This document shows positions 32,645 to 45,600 of a stretch of DNA of 64,000 nt, piece by piece. This DNA is from Macrostomum lignano (taxonomy: Eukaryota). Made by a program: the position numbers and the translations under genes. Numbering within the stretch: the first letter of the stretch is position 1; each line of letters opens with the position of its first letter. The stretch covers positions 62,001-126,000 of the forward strand of contig NIVC01000689.1 of assembly GCA_002269645.1 (NCBI GenBank), read 5' to 3'. The notes beneath the pieces are model-generated. The model ran no database searches, was not told the DNA's origin, and saw nothing but the letters and a program-made list of their open reading frames with translations.

Positions 32645-33149
32645 GTAAGTGACGGCTCAGTCAGACTTCCTGCCTCACCGATATTCTGTTAGTTGCCAAG
32701 GCGCCTGTGGAAATCGTGCCCCCAATTCTGGCAGTACAGATCTGCTTTGTCTCGCTTCCGTGATGTGGTTGTTGGCCCCGTGACTTGTTCATTGTTCACA
32801 TAGCAATAAAGAGGCAGGAGATAGGTAGTGTGTGTGTCCATAGCAAATTTTCTTGTAAAAAGGAAATATTTCAGCATCTGTTACGATGAGGCATCCTAGA
32901 CAAGTCGAAAGCAAGATTTGAGTAGGCGCCATTCAGTTTGAGAGTGACTTTCTTATTGTGAGGCAGTGTGTCTGGGGGGCTGCACACAAGCCCCAGGCCA
33001 GCATTCAACCCGCGTGTTAAGCCCAAATTGATGTTGCATCGATGTGGAATCGAACCCGGAACTTCGGTGGATAAATTTAGTGTAGAAATTCGAGACACAG
33101 ATTCAGATTTTGGATTCAACCAACGTCTGTTCGAAGACAGAAAAACCAT

Positions 33150-34168
33150 AAATCCAAATCCGAATCTAAACCTGATTCTGAATCCGAATTCGAATCCAAA
33201 TCCGAATCCGAATCTGAATCTGAATCCGAATCCAGATCCGAATCTGAATCTGAATCCGAATCTGAATCTGAATCCGAATCCAGATCCGAATCTGAATCTG
33301 AATCTGAATCTGAATCCGAATCTGAATCTAAATCTGAATCCGAATCTAAATCTGAATCTGAATCCGAATCTGAATCTGAATCTGAATCTGAATCTGAATC
33401 CAAATCTGAATCTGAATCTGAATCCGAATCTAAATCTGAATCTGAATCTGAATCTGAATCTAAATCTGAATCTGAATCTGAATCTGAATCTGAATCTGAA
33501 TCTGAATCTGAATCTGAATCTGAATCTGAATCTGAATCCGAATCTGAATCTGAATCCGAATCCAGATCCGAATCTGAATCTGAATCTGAATCTGAATCCG
33601 AATCTGAATCTAAATCTGAATCCGAATCTAAATCTGAATCTGAATCCGAATCTGAATCTGAATCTGAATCTGAATCTGAATCCAAATCTGAATCTGAATC
33701 TGAATCCGAATCTAAATCTGAATCTGAATCTGAATCTGAATCTAAATCTGAATCTGAATCTGAATCTGAATCTGAATCTGAATCTGAATCTGAATCTGAA
33801 TCTGAATCTGAATCTGAATCTGAATCTGAATCCGAATCTGAATCTGAATCTGAATCCGAATCTGAATCTGAATCTGAATCTGAATCCGAATCCGAATCTG
33901 AATCTGAATCTGAATCCGAATCCAGATCCAAATCCGAATCCGAATCCGAATCCGAATCCGAATCCGAATCCGAATCCGAATCCGAATCCGAATCCGAATC
34001 CGAATCTGAATCCGAATCCGAATCTGAATCTGAATCTGAATCTGAATCTGAATCCGAATCCAGATCTGAATCTGAATCCGAATCCAGATCCGAATCTGAA
34101 TCTGAATCCGAATCTGAATCTGAATCTGAATCCGAATCCAAATTCGAATCCGAATCCATCCGAATCCG
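33150..34168. repeat. (GAATCT/GAATCC)n hexamer satellite, about 1 kb
   Basis: Source of the NL/NP, DS and RF/GF repeat ORFs. Confidence 0.97.
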
Positions 34169-34554
34169 AAGGAGAATGGGAGACGGGGAAGCGAACGAGG
34201 GGGCAAAGATGGCGTCCAGAATCCTCATTAGAGTCTTCTCTCTGCTCCCCACGATTCGGTCGAAAGCAGAGTTGAAACTGCGGGGTGGCCATCCGCAGAG
34301 AGGGTAAACCTCGCTAATCCTGCTTCTTAAGCCAGCCCGTTCAGGTGAAGGACATCGCCTAATTTGAAGCATGTCCGTTCTTTGGGTTCACAATGAAAGA
34401 GATAAAGAGATTAGTTTGGGATTTGAGCGTAAGGGTCGAGTTCGACTTTGGGGGAAATTCTGCTTGAAAAGCAACTGGCCGCTATTGAAATCCTGAGTCC
34501 GAGCTGATATCGGACGGCCTCGCTTTGTTATGCAGGCTCACTTCTGCACCGGGG

Positions 34555-35173
34555 GCACAGGGGAGAAGCACAGGGGAGAAGCACAGGGGAGAAGCACAGG
34601 GGAGAAGCACAGGGGAGAAGCACAGGGGAGAAGCACAGGGGAGAAGCACAGGGGAGAAGCACAGGGGAGAAGCACAGGGGAGAAGCACAGGGGAAAAGCA
34701 CAGGGGAGAAGCACAGGGGAGAAGCACAGGGGAGAAGCACAGGGGAGAAGCACAGGGGAGAAGCACAGGGGAGAAGCACAGGGGAGAAGCACAGGGGAGA
34801 AGCACAGGGGAGAAGCACAGGGGAGAAGCACAGGGGAGAAGCACAGGGGAGAAGCACAGGGGAGAAGCACAGGGGAGAAGCACAGGGGAGAAGCACAGGG
34901 GAGAAGCACAGGGGAGAAGCACAGGGGAGAAGCACAGGGGAGAAGCACAGGGGAGAAGCACAGGGGAGAAGCACAGGGGAGAAGCACAGGGGAGAAGCAC
35001 AGGGGAGAAGCACAGGGGAGAAGCACAGGGGAGAAGCACAGGGGAGAAGCACAGGGGAGAAGCACAGGGGAGAAGCACAGGGGAGAAGCACAGGGGAGAA
35101 GCACAGGGAGAAGCACAGGGGAGAAGCACAGGGGAGAAGCACAGGGGAGAAGCACAGGGGAGAAGCACAGGGA
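34555..35173. repeat. 13-bp minisatellite (GGGGAGAAGCACA)
   Basis: About 47 nearly identical units. Confidence 0.97.
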
Positions 35174-35354
35174 AGGAGTTTTTAAGAGATTAAAGATGGA
35201 AAAAGTGCATTTAAAGTTTTAAAACAATTTTATCATTTGGCTACCAGCAGCTAAGTTTCTACTACTTCTACTGTTAGTAGGCAGTTAATAATGGCGCTGC
35301 TATTTTCATACTTTCTGTCTTAGGAAACTTGAGCATCATATCCCAACTTAATAT

Positions 35355-36065
35355 TGGGATCAGATCCATGGGGATTCTATATTGGGATCAGATCCATGGC
35401 GATTCTTCGAGATTGGGATCAGATCCATGGGGATTCGAGATTGAGATCAGATCCATGGCGATTCGAGATTGGGATCAGATCCAATGAGATTCGAGATTGG
35501 GATCAGATCGATGGGGATTCGAGATTGGGATCAGATCGATAAGGATTCGAGATTGGAATCAGATCCATTGGGGATTCTATATTGGGATCAGATCCATGGG
35601 GATTCTATATTGGGATCAGATCCATGGCGATTCGAGATTGGGATCAGATCCATTGGGGATTCTATATTGGGATCAGATCCATGGCGATTCGAGATTGGGA
35701 TCAGATCCATGGCGATTCGAGATGGGATCAGATCGATGGGGATTCTATATTGGGATCAGATTCATGGCGATTCGAGATTGGGATCAGATCCATGGGGATT
35801 CGAGATTGGGATCAGATCGATGGGGATTCTATATTGGGATCAGATCCATGGCGATTCGAGATTGGGATCAGATCCATGGGGATTCGAGATTGGGATCAGA
35901 TCCAATGAGATTCGAGATTGGGATCAGATCCATAGGGATTCGAGATTAGGATCAGATCCATGAGGATTCGAGATTGGGATCAGATCCATGGGGATTCGAG
36001 ATTGGGATCAGATCGATAGGGATTCGAGATTGGGATCAGATCCATGAGGATTCGAGCTTGGGATC
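35355..36065. repeat. About 28-bp minisatellite (TTGGGATCAGATCCATGGGGATTCGAGA)
   Basis: Direct reading. Confidence 0.94.
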
Positions 36066-36436
36066 ACAGACACTTTGGATTTGAGTAATCTAGGGCTTTC
36101 AACTTGCGATGAACTTCTAGGGATTCTAGGAAGGAGATTAAACCCCCCCCCAAAAATCGTCCCAATTGGCTGCAACCAATGAAGCATTCGCTTACATCGC
36201 CTTACGCTACCCACCTCTAATGCTATTTATTGTCTAAAGCTAAGGATTGGAGGAAATGGCATAGAAACTAACGTAACATCATTATCCAAGAATTGTGTTC
36301 TATTGAAAATAAATAAATATTACCAGCATAAAAACTGTGTCGACAAAGTCAGGTGAGAGTGTCTCTTAAATACCTAAAGGTCAGTTCACTTGAGTTTATA
36401 ACAAATTTTTATCTTTTGGCGGGGGTCGTTTGATGA

Positions 36437-37617
36437 GCTCGAAACTTCACAAGCTCGAATCTTCACAAGCTCGAAACTTCACAAGCTCGAATCTTCACAA
36501 GCTCGAATCTTCACAAGCTCGAAACTTCACAAGCTCGAAACTTCACACTCTCGAATCTCCACAAGCTCGAAACTTCACAAGCTCGAATCTTCACAAGCTC
36601 GAAATCTTCACAAGCTCGAATCTTCACAAGATCGAAACCTTCACAAGCTCGAAACCTTCAAAAGCTCGAAACCTTCAAAAGCTCGAATCTTCACAAGCTC
36701 GAAACCTTCAAAAGCTCGAATCTTGAAAAGCTCGAAACCTTCACAAGCTCGAATCTTCACAAGCTCGAAACCTTCACAAGCTCGAATCTTCACAAGCTCG
36801 AATCTTCACACTCTCGAATCTTCACACTCTCGAATCTTCACAAGCTCGAATCTTCACAAGCTCGAATCTTCACACTCTCAATCTTCACACTATCGAATCT
36901 TCACACTCTCGATCTTCACACTCTCGAATCTTCACACTCTCGAATCTTCACACTCTTGAATCTTCACACTATCGAATCTTCACACTCTCGATCTTCACAC
37001 TCTCGAATCTTCACACTCTCGAATCTTCACAAGCTAGAATCTTCACACTATCAAATCTTCACACTCTCGAATCTTCACAAGCTCGAATCTTCACAAGCTC
37101 GAATCTTCACAAGCTCGAATCTTCACAAGCTCGAAACTTCACAAGCTCGAAACTTCACAAGCTCGAAACTTCCCAAGCTTGAAACTTCACAAGCTCGAAG
37201 CTTCCCAAGCTCAAAACTTCACAAGCTCGAATCTTCACACTCTCGAATCTTCACACTCTCGAATCTTCACACTCTCGAATCTTCACACTCTCGAATCTTC
37301 ACACTCTCGAATCTTCACAAGCTCGAAACTTACCAAGCTCGAATCTTCACACTCTCGAATCTTCACAAGCTCGAAACTTCACAATCTCGAAACCTTCACA
37401 TGCTCGAATCTTCACAAGCTCGAAACTTTAAAAGCTCGAAGCTTCACCAACTCGAAACTTCCCAAGCTCGAAACTTCCCAAGCTCGAAACTTCCCAAGCT
37501 CGAATCTTCACCAACTCGAATATCCACAAGCTCGAAGCTTCACAAGCTCGAAAGTTCACAAGCTCGAAGCTTCCCAAGCTCGAAGCTTCACAAGCTCGAA
37601 ACTTCACAAGCTCGGAA
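36437..37617. repeat. 16-bp minisatellite (AAGCTCGAATCTTCAC)
   Basis: Direct reading, with ACTCTCGAA variants in the middle. Confidence 0.95.
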
Positions 37618-38157
37618 ATTATTAAGCTTACTTGTCAATTTTTACAGCTCATAACCTTTAGCTCAAAGCCTGAGCTCAAAGCCTGACTTGCCCTAAACGC
37701 CAATGAATGTTGCTTGGCGTGACTCTCCTGGCACAAAATTTCGATTGCTTCCAATTCATTTTTCTTAGAAAACTCCTTCGGTGAATAACTGGCACACTAG
37801 CTGTGCTGGCCAGCCAACTGCAGTGCTGGGAGCGACATCCGGGTTCCCACATTTGAGCCACTTCTCTAACTCTGAGGGTGGCACGGGAGCGACTCGCAGC
37901 TGAGAGCTGATGAGGAAGCCTAACTGGTCAAACAGGATGAAGGAAGCTGGGGAAGGGGAGGGCAAATGGCAAATGGCGAGAGGGGAAATTGCTAAAGAAA
38001 AAGTTGCACAGAAGCAATTCAACGGATATTTGTATGAAGATTACTAACGGCAGTCAAGGCACCAGAGGCTGGCTGCAGCTAGCCAGCAAACCGAAATCTT
38101 TAGAGCAAGCTCTTAGAGCTGAGAGGCTGGCATAGGATGGTATGGTGAATGAAGGAC

Positions 38158-39190
38158 ATGGGCACGAGGGAAGGACAAGAGAGAGAGGCAGGGGAAGGAC
38201 ACGAGAGAGGCAGGGGAAGGACACGAGAGAGAGAGAGGCAGGGGAAGGACACGAGAGAGAAAGGCAGGGAAGGACACGAGAGAGAGGCAGGGAAGGACAA
38301 GAGAGAGGCAGGGGAAGGACACGAGAGAGAAAGGCAGGGAAGGACACGAGAGAGAGGCAGGGAAGGACAAGAGAGAGGCAGGGGAAGGACACGAGAGAGA
38401 GAGAGGCAGGGAAGGACACGAGAGAGAAAGGCAGGGAAGGACACGAGAGAGAGGCAGGGAAGGACACGAGAGAGAGGCAGGGGAAGGACACGAGAGAGAA
38501 AGGCAGGGAAGGACACGAGAGAGAGGCAGGGAAGGACACGAGAGAGAGAGGCAGGGGAAGGACACGAGGGAGAGGCAGGGGAAGGACACGAGGGAGAGGC
38601 AGGGGAAGGACACAAGAGAAAGGCAGGGGAAGGACACGAGGGAGAGGCAGGGGAAGGACACAAGAGAAAGGCAGGGGAAGGACACGAGGGAGAGGCAGGG
38701 GAAGGACACAAGAGAAAGGCAGGGGAAGGACACGAGAGAGAGGCAGGGGAAGGACACGAGAGAGAAAAGCAGGGAAGGACACGAGAGAGAAAAGCAGGGA
38801 AGGACACGAGAGAGAGGCAAGGGAAGGACACGAGAGAGAGAGGCAGGGGAAGGACACGAGAGAGAGGCGATGGAAGGACACGAGAGAGAGGCAAGGGAAG
38901 GACACGAGAGAGAGAGGCAGGGGAAGGACACGAGAGAGAGAGGCAGGGGAAGGACACGAGAGAGAGAGAGGCAGGGGAAGGACACGAGAGAGAGGCAAAA
39001 AAGGACACGAGAGAGAGGCAGGGAAGGACACGAGAGAGAAAGGCAAGGAAGGACACGAGAGAGAGGCAAAAAAGGACACGAGAGAGAGGCAGGGAAGGAC
39101 ACGAGAGAGAGAGGCAAAGAAGGACACGAGAGAGAGGCAGGGAAGGACACGAGAGAGAGAGGCAAAGAAGGACACGAGAGAGACAAAAGA
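38158..39190. repeat. Purine-rich 22-26 bp minisatellite (GAGAGAGGCAGGGGAAGGACAC)
   Basis: Direct reading; source of ORFs 38054-39267. Confidence 0.95.
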
Positions 39191-39642
39191 GAGATGCAAG
39201 AGTGCCATCCGACAGCCGGGAAAAAGAGTTAAAGAAAGGAAGAGAGCCCTTAAGGAGTGACCAATGATGAGAAAGAGGAAAAGAAGAAGATTAAAGCCAT
39301 ATATTGAACACGCGGGAAATGAAGTAATTTTAAAGTAATTCCCCAGGTCCGAAATTTTGCAAAAAGTCTACCGCTAATAAGGACTTATCCTAGCCTAATA
39401 TTGTATAAAGCATTACTATGCCCAAGTTCATTAAGGATTTGCACTTCTTTCCTTGATAGAGGAAGGCAATGAGAGAGAGATGAGACGTGGTACTTGATCA
39501 GCGGTGTGAGCAGCAGCGGCTTGTTAGCGGGGGTGGGTCGGGCAGATGAAAGAGAAAGTGTCAAAGTAAAGATAAGATTGGGCAGTTGGAAGATCCACCT
39601 CCTCTCACGCTGAGCCCCCCCCCCGTTCTCACCCCTGCTCAG

Positions 39643-42600
39643 GCACGGAGTCGCCTTCCCTGTTGGACCGGAGCGACTCGCTGCCAGTGGACGACCTGGG
39701 GATGGGCGAGCGGCTGCAGGCCGGCTTCATTGGCCAGCAGCAGGGGAGGCGGTCAGCGAGGCAGCCGCAGCCGCTGCTACAACAGCCGGCCCCGCCGCCG
39801 CTGCCACCGCCGCCGCTGCCACCGCCTCCGAGTTCAGCCGGGCACAGACGAGGCAGTTTCCAGTCGATGCGAACCCACAGCCTGGACCAGCAGCAGCAGC
39901 AGCAGCAGCAGCAGGCAGAGGGCGGTACAGATGGACTCGCCGCTGCCTCCGCAGCCGACTGCAACAACGGCAAGATGGCGTCAAAATCGATGGATTCGTG
40001 TCTGGACGATCCGATGTCTTCGGCTGATGGACAGCAGATTCAGCAGCCGGTGCCTCAGCAGCAGCAGCAGCAGCAGCAATCGCTGCGCAAGAAGCGTCCC
40101 AGCCTCCGGATGAAGCTCGGCCGCTTCGGCTCTGGCCGGCAATTCGGCCGGAGCGGCAGCGGCAGCGGCAGCGGCGGAGTTGCCAACTCAACGGAGGCAC
40201 CGGCTGGCGACGAGGCCGAAGTCGGCGAGGACTCCCCGCTGAGGGACCAGCAGCAGCAGCAGCAAGGAGCAACATCCGCAACCGCAGTTGGCGACGATCT
40301 TGAACTCGGCGAGCTGGAGGACCCGAAGCAGAGCACGTCCAGCTACCTCAAGGAGCAGTTCTTCGCCTTCTTCCAGCCGTCCGACAACAAGCTGGCCATG
40401 AAGCTGTTCGGCAACAAGAACGCCCTGCTGAAGGAGAAGCGCCGGCAGCAGCAGAGCGGCAAATGGATCATCCACCCGTGCAGCAACTTCAGGTAGGCTG
40501 AGAGAACCGCTCGGAATAAAAGTACAAAAGCGCCGGTGCACCGCAGTAGTGGCAATCAATTTCTGTGCCACGCGAAAAAAACCACAAAAGATGCGCAGGA
40601 AATGAGGAGGAGAAGAAGAAGAAGAGAAGAAGAGGGAGGAAAAGCCGACACTCGGGTCTTTTGGCTGCCTCTTCCGTTTTTTTGCTTTAAACAGCAACAG
40701 AAAATGTTGAAACCCGAAACTGCGTGTTGAGAAACCGGAGAGAAAAATGGATTATAAGACGAACCCCGGTCGAATGAAGACTTGAAACAACTGGTTGGGG
40801 GGGGGGGTTTCTTAATCACTGCAGAAGTCCCTAGCGAGGGCCGGTGCGCGCAGATAAATGACCGAATGCCATGGCTAAGTAATAATAATAATAATAATTG
40901 ATTACACCTGCCCTAATTGGGCCAGATGTGCAACCGACAGCTCAGCCGCAGATATTGCGCGGCGCATCTGAAGGCTGCGTACGCCTGTTCAGTCCAAGGA
41001 CTGGGGGGGGGGGTCGCCACACACAGCCTCAATTACCCCAGCTAATGCTGGCACCCATTTTACAGCTGGGTGAACTGAAGCAATGCAGAGTTGTGTCTCG
41101 CTCAAGGACACAAATTGTTCCGAGTGGATCGGGAATCGAACCCCCGACCTTCAAGTCTTGAGTCCGACGCTCTAGTCACTAGGCTACAGCCCCCTGGCTA
41201 AGTAAAGTAGATAGGAAAACTGTTGCAGCCGACCTCCATCAGTTTTTGCCATAGACAACTCCGGTAGAGAAACATCTCCAACACTGCACAAGAAAGATTG
41301 GAACTGCTAAAAGTTTTGCATCTCATAAAAAATGATCACTTCATAAACTTGTGACTCCACCTCGAACGATAAGAAGTTGAGATTTTGTGAATCTTGTGCA
41401 ACCGAATTTTCAGGATCTGTGTCCAGTTCTGCTTAAGCAGTCCATGTTCGATCCAAAGGATATCCGAAAGTTGGCCGTCCAGTTCCCGCCAATGACGCTT
41501 ACACTTCTGATGAAATTGCTTGGGGCTACTGATGGGGCTGCCCCAGCAACATTTTTCATTTTTTAGTCTGAAGCCAGCCTTGCCTGCCTCTGGCTGATTG
41601 CCAGTCAGCGGATTCTGCTTCCGCAAGAGAAAGTCTGGTGGATTAATCAGATTAGAGTGAAAGGTTGCTTCGGCACCTCTGCTTTCTGCCAAATCTCTCT
41701 CTAAATGGTTTTTATTCCCTGCCAAATTTTGATTGGCGCCTGATGGTGAATTGGGAGGAATATTTATGCAGGCTCCGGCACTCGACAACTTAACAAGGCT
41801 AAGAGTGCCGGTTGGTTTTAAGTGTCTGCTTGTGCTTCGTAGTATGACTTCTAACAGAACATGACGCTTAATTTTAACGAAGATCCGATTCATAATTTAC
41901 AAAAAGATTAGTTAGATAAGATAAAAGATAAAAGATGCTGAGATCCCCATCCCGAGTCCCAAAGATGCTAAGATCCCCATCCAGAATCCCATAGATGCTA
42001 AGATCCCCATCCAGAATCCCATAGATGCTAAGATCCCCATCCAGAATCCCATAGATGCTAAGATCCCCATCCAGAATCCCATAGATGCTGAGATCCCCAT
42101 CCAAAATCTCACAGATGCTGAGATCCCCATCCAAAATCCCACAGATACTGAGATCCCCATCCAGAATCCCACAGATGCTGAGATCCCCATCCTAGATCTC
42201 CAGTGCCCCCAGATTCACCAAAATGCTGAGATCCCAATTCTAAAAACCTCAGCCCCAAAGTGTCCCCCCCCTCTAAATCTTATGCAAATCAAAGCGAATT
42301 GCGTTTAAACGATCGAAAAGAGAGAGAGAGAAAAAATTCTGCTTCAAGCGGCTCGTTAAACGCCAACCCATTCGCCTCATTTGAGGACGGCCCGTGCACC
42401 GGCATCGGCTCAGGCCGGCCCAGCAATCAGCAATGGAAGAAAATGGAAGCAGACGAACAGAATTCGTGAAACAGGACTGGGGAGAGGGGATGAGCTCAGA
42501 GCAGTGTTGGAGCTCCGAGTGATCGACCAGTTGGTTTTCTCCTCTGCCTTAATAACGAGAGAGTTGGAGGCTCAGAGAGGTGCAGTGGACAACAAGTGCG

Positions 42601-45600
42601 CACAGTCGGGCTTTCGGCCAACTCATTCCCCGCTAAATCCTTAGGAATGTTTTTCTCCGTGTGCCCGCCCCGGTCTCTTCCCGCCCTCATTCCCCAGCTC
42701 GTCACGCCGAAGAATCGATTTCATCGAAGTATCAATTTTAGCCCTTGGAAAGCCGACAAATCACCGCACCCCTGTCTTCATCCAGCAGTCAAAACTATGC
42801 TCGTATGATAAATGAAAAATATTCGAATCCCAAATATTTCAAATTTCATAAATGCCGGGATCCCCATCCCGAATCTCATCGGTTCTGAGATCTCCATCAC
42901 AAATCCCTAGTCCATCAGATGCTGAGATCCCTATCTCGAGTTCCATAGATGCTGAGATCCCTATCTCGAGTCCCATAGACGCTGAGACCCCCATCCAGAA
43001 TCCCATAGACGCTGAGATCCCCATCCAGAATCCCATAGATGCTGAGATCCCCATCCTGAATCCCATAGATGCTGAGATCTCCATCTCGAATCTTCTAGAT
43101 GCTGAGATCCCTATATTCGAAATTCGACCATTTGTTAACCGCCTTCCGAGGTTTTGAGTAACAATCCGCCCTGACGTATCCTTCTGGGTGCTCAGGCGTC
43201 AGCGGAATGGGCATGGACTGCTTAAAAGTCTGTTTTGTATATTCTTTTAATGCTAATTTACAGTATAGGTTTAGCTAATAGGGAGTTTCTAGTGAAGACC
43301 CTTTCTGCTGACATACTTTTTACTTTTGACATGTGTACACAGATAAGTGTACGAGTACACACTCCGTGCCCTTAGGGTTAATCCCGGTGAGCTCACTACT
43401 AATTTCTTTTATATTGCAGATTCTATTGGGACTTGCTAATGCTGGTGCTGCTAATCACCAACCTGGTTGTGCTGCCCGTGGCCATCTCATTTTTCAACGA
43501 TGACCTCAGCCCGCAATGGATCATTTTCAATTGCGTGTCAGACACTATTTTCCTCAGCGATATTGCCGTCAACTTTCGGACTGGTGAGGCCATTTCTTCT
43601 ATTGGCTGAGGGAGAGAAAAAAAGGTGTTGGGCTAGGGACGGCGGAGAATTTGGCCAGCGCTGATTGGCTAGGAAGGGAAAGAGTTTTATGTTCCGAGGG
43701 TAAAAAGGTAGACGGGCTCCGATTGGCTGGGGGTGCTTTCAAAGTTTAGAGCACATTTTCTGGTTTACTGCTTCTTTTGTAAACGCCTTCGCAACAGATC
43801 CCAGGAGGATACTAAATGCATCGTCGATTATGATAGGCTCGTAAATATACGTTCCAAAGACTACTCAAGTAGAAGGACGGGACACTAATTTTCTTGGAAA
43901 AATTAGCAGAATGGCTTTACCAAAAAATATACATTACAGAGAATGGAGATTTTTATTTTTCAGCACAAAAACTTTTATTGCTTTCGATAGGAGGCAGACC
44001 TAATTTTCATCTTTTGATATGACTTGACTTTCCTATATAGCTCTATTGATATTCATTTAGCTTTTTGTTCAGCAAATTAGGATTCTATGCTAATTTTATA
44101 TCATACGTACATTAAAGGACAGTGATAAATGTTATCACTGGGTTCTAATACCTTCAGCACAGCCTCACTAACAGAACTGAGTAAAGCGAATGATACAGTC
44201 GAACACCTACTCAACTCGGCCCTTATGTCGAGAGCACTTTTCTATAGCCCTCCAATAGCTACTTCACGCTTCAGTTGACCCATCGACCTCTCAGCTTGTC
44301 TTATGCCCGTACCCCACTCAAGACACTAATCAGCCCTCAGCTGCAACCCTCCATCAACTCTTCCTCTCCACTCTTCTCCTCCGCTGTTCTGCAGGCGTCA
44401 TTACTAACGATTTTGCGGAAGAGATTATACTTGATCCGAAAATGATCGCCCAGCACTACATGAAGTCCTGGTTCTTCCTCGACCTAATCTCGTCTATTCC
44501 TATGGACTATATTTTCCTGGTGCTGAACCAGCGGAACAATATGAGCCAACTGATGCACGCAGGTAAGGAAACAACTGAAATTGATTAATATTTTTTATAT
44601 GTATGACAACTAATTTACTAGAGAGCAGCTAATCAGAGGCTAACTGACAACCCAATACCCCAGTGTCATTCTCTGCCCCAGCCCAGCCAATCAGAGGCTA
44701 ACTGGACAACCCAATACCCCAGTGTCATTCTCTGCCCCAGCCCAGCCAATCGGAGGCTAACTGACACCAAATACCCCAGTGTCATTCTCTGCCCCAGCCC
44801 AGCCAATCGGAGGCTAACTGACAACCCAATACCCCAGTGTCATTCTCTGCCCCAGCCCAGCCAATCAGAGGCTAACTGACACCAAATACCCCAGTGTCAT
44901 TCTCTGCCCCAGCCCAGCCAATCGGAGGCTAACTGACAACCCAATACCCCAGTGTCATTCTCTGCCCCAGCCCAGCCAATCGGAGGCTAACTGACAACCC
45001 AATACCCCAGTGTCATTCTCTGCCCCAGCCCAGCCAATCGGAGGCTAACTGACAACCCAATACCCCAGTGTCATTCTCTGCCCCAGCCCAGCCAATCGGA
45101 GGCTAACTGACAACCCAATACCCCAGTGTCATTCTCTGCCCCAGCCCAGCCAATCAGAGGCTAACTGGACAACCCAATACCCCAGTGTCATTCTCTGCCC
45201 CAGCCCAGCCAATCGGAGGCTAACTGACACCCAATACCCCAGTGTCATTCTCTGCCCCAGCCCAGCCAATCGGAGGCTAACTGACAACCCAATACCCCAG
45301 TGTCATTCTCTGCCCCAGCCCAGCCAATCGGAGGCTAACTGACAACCCAATACCCCAGTGTCATTCTCTGCCCCAGCCCAGCCAATCGGAGGCTAACTGA
45401 CAACCCAATACCCCAGTGTCATTCTCTGCCCCAGCCCAGCCAATCGGAGGCTAACTGACAACCCAATACCCCAGTGTCATTCTCTGCCCCAGCCCAGCCA
45501 ATCAGAGGCTAACTGGACAACCCAATACCCCAGTGTCATTCTCTGCCCCAGCCCAGCCAATCGGAGGCTAACTGACACCCAATACCCCAGTGTCATTCTC

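Noticed and set aside
32871-34372. Long DS-, NL/NP- and RF-repeat ORFs resembling Sdr adhesins or circumsporozoite repeats
   Set aside because: Frames of a GAATCT hexamer satellite, open on both strands, with no flanking domains.
41336-41893. 185-aa minus-strand ORF in HCN intron 1
   Set aside because: No recognisable motif; possibly a TE relic, but unsupported.
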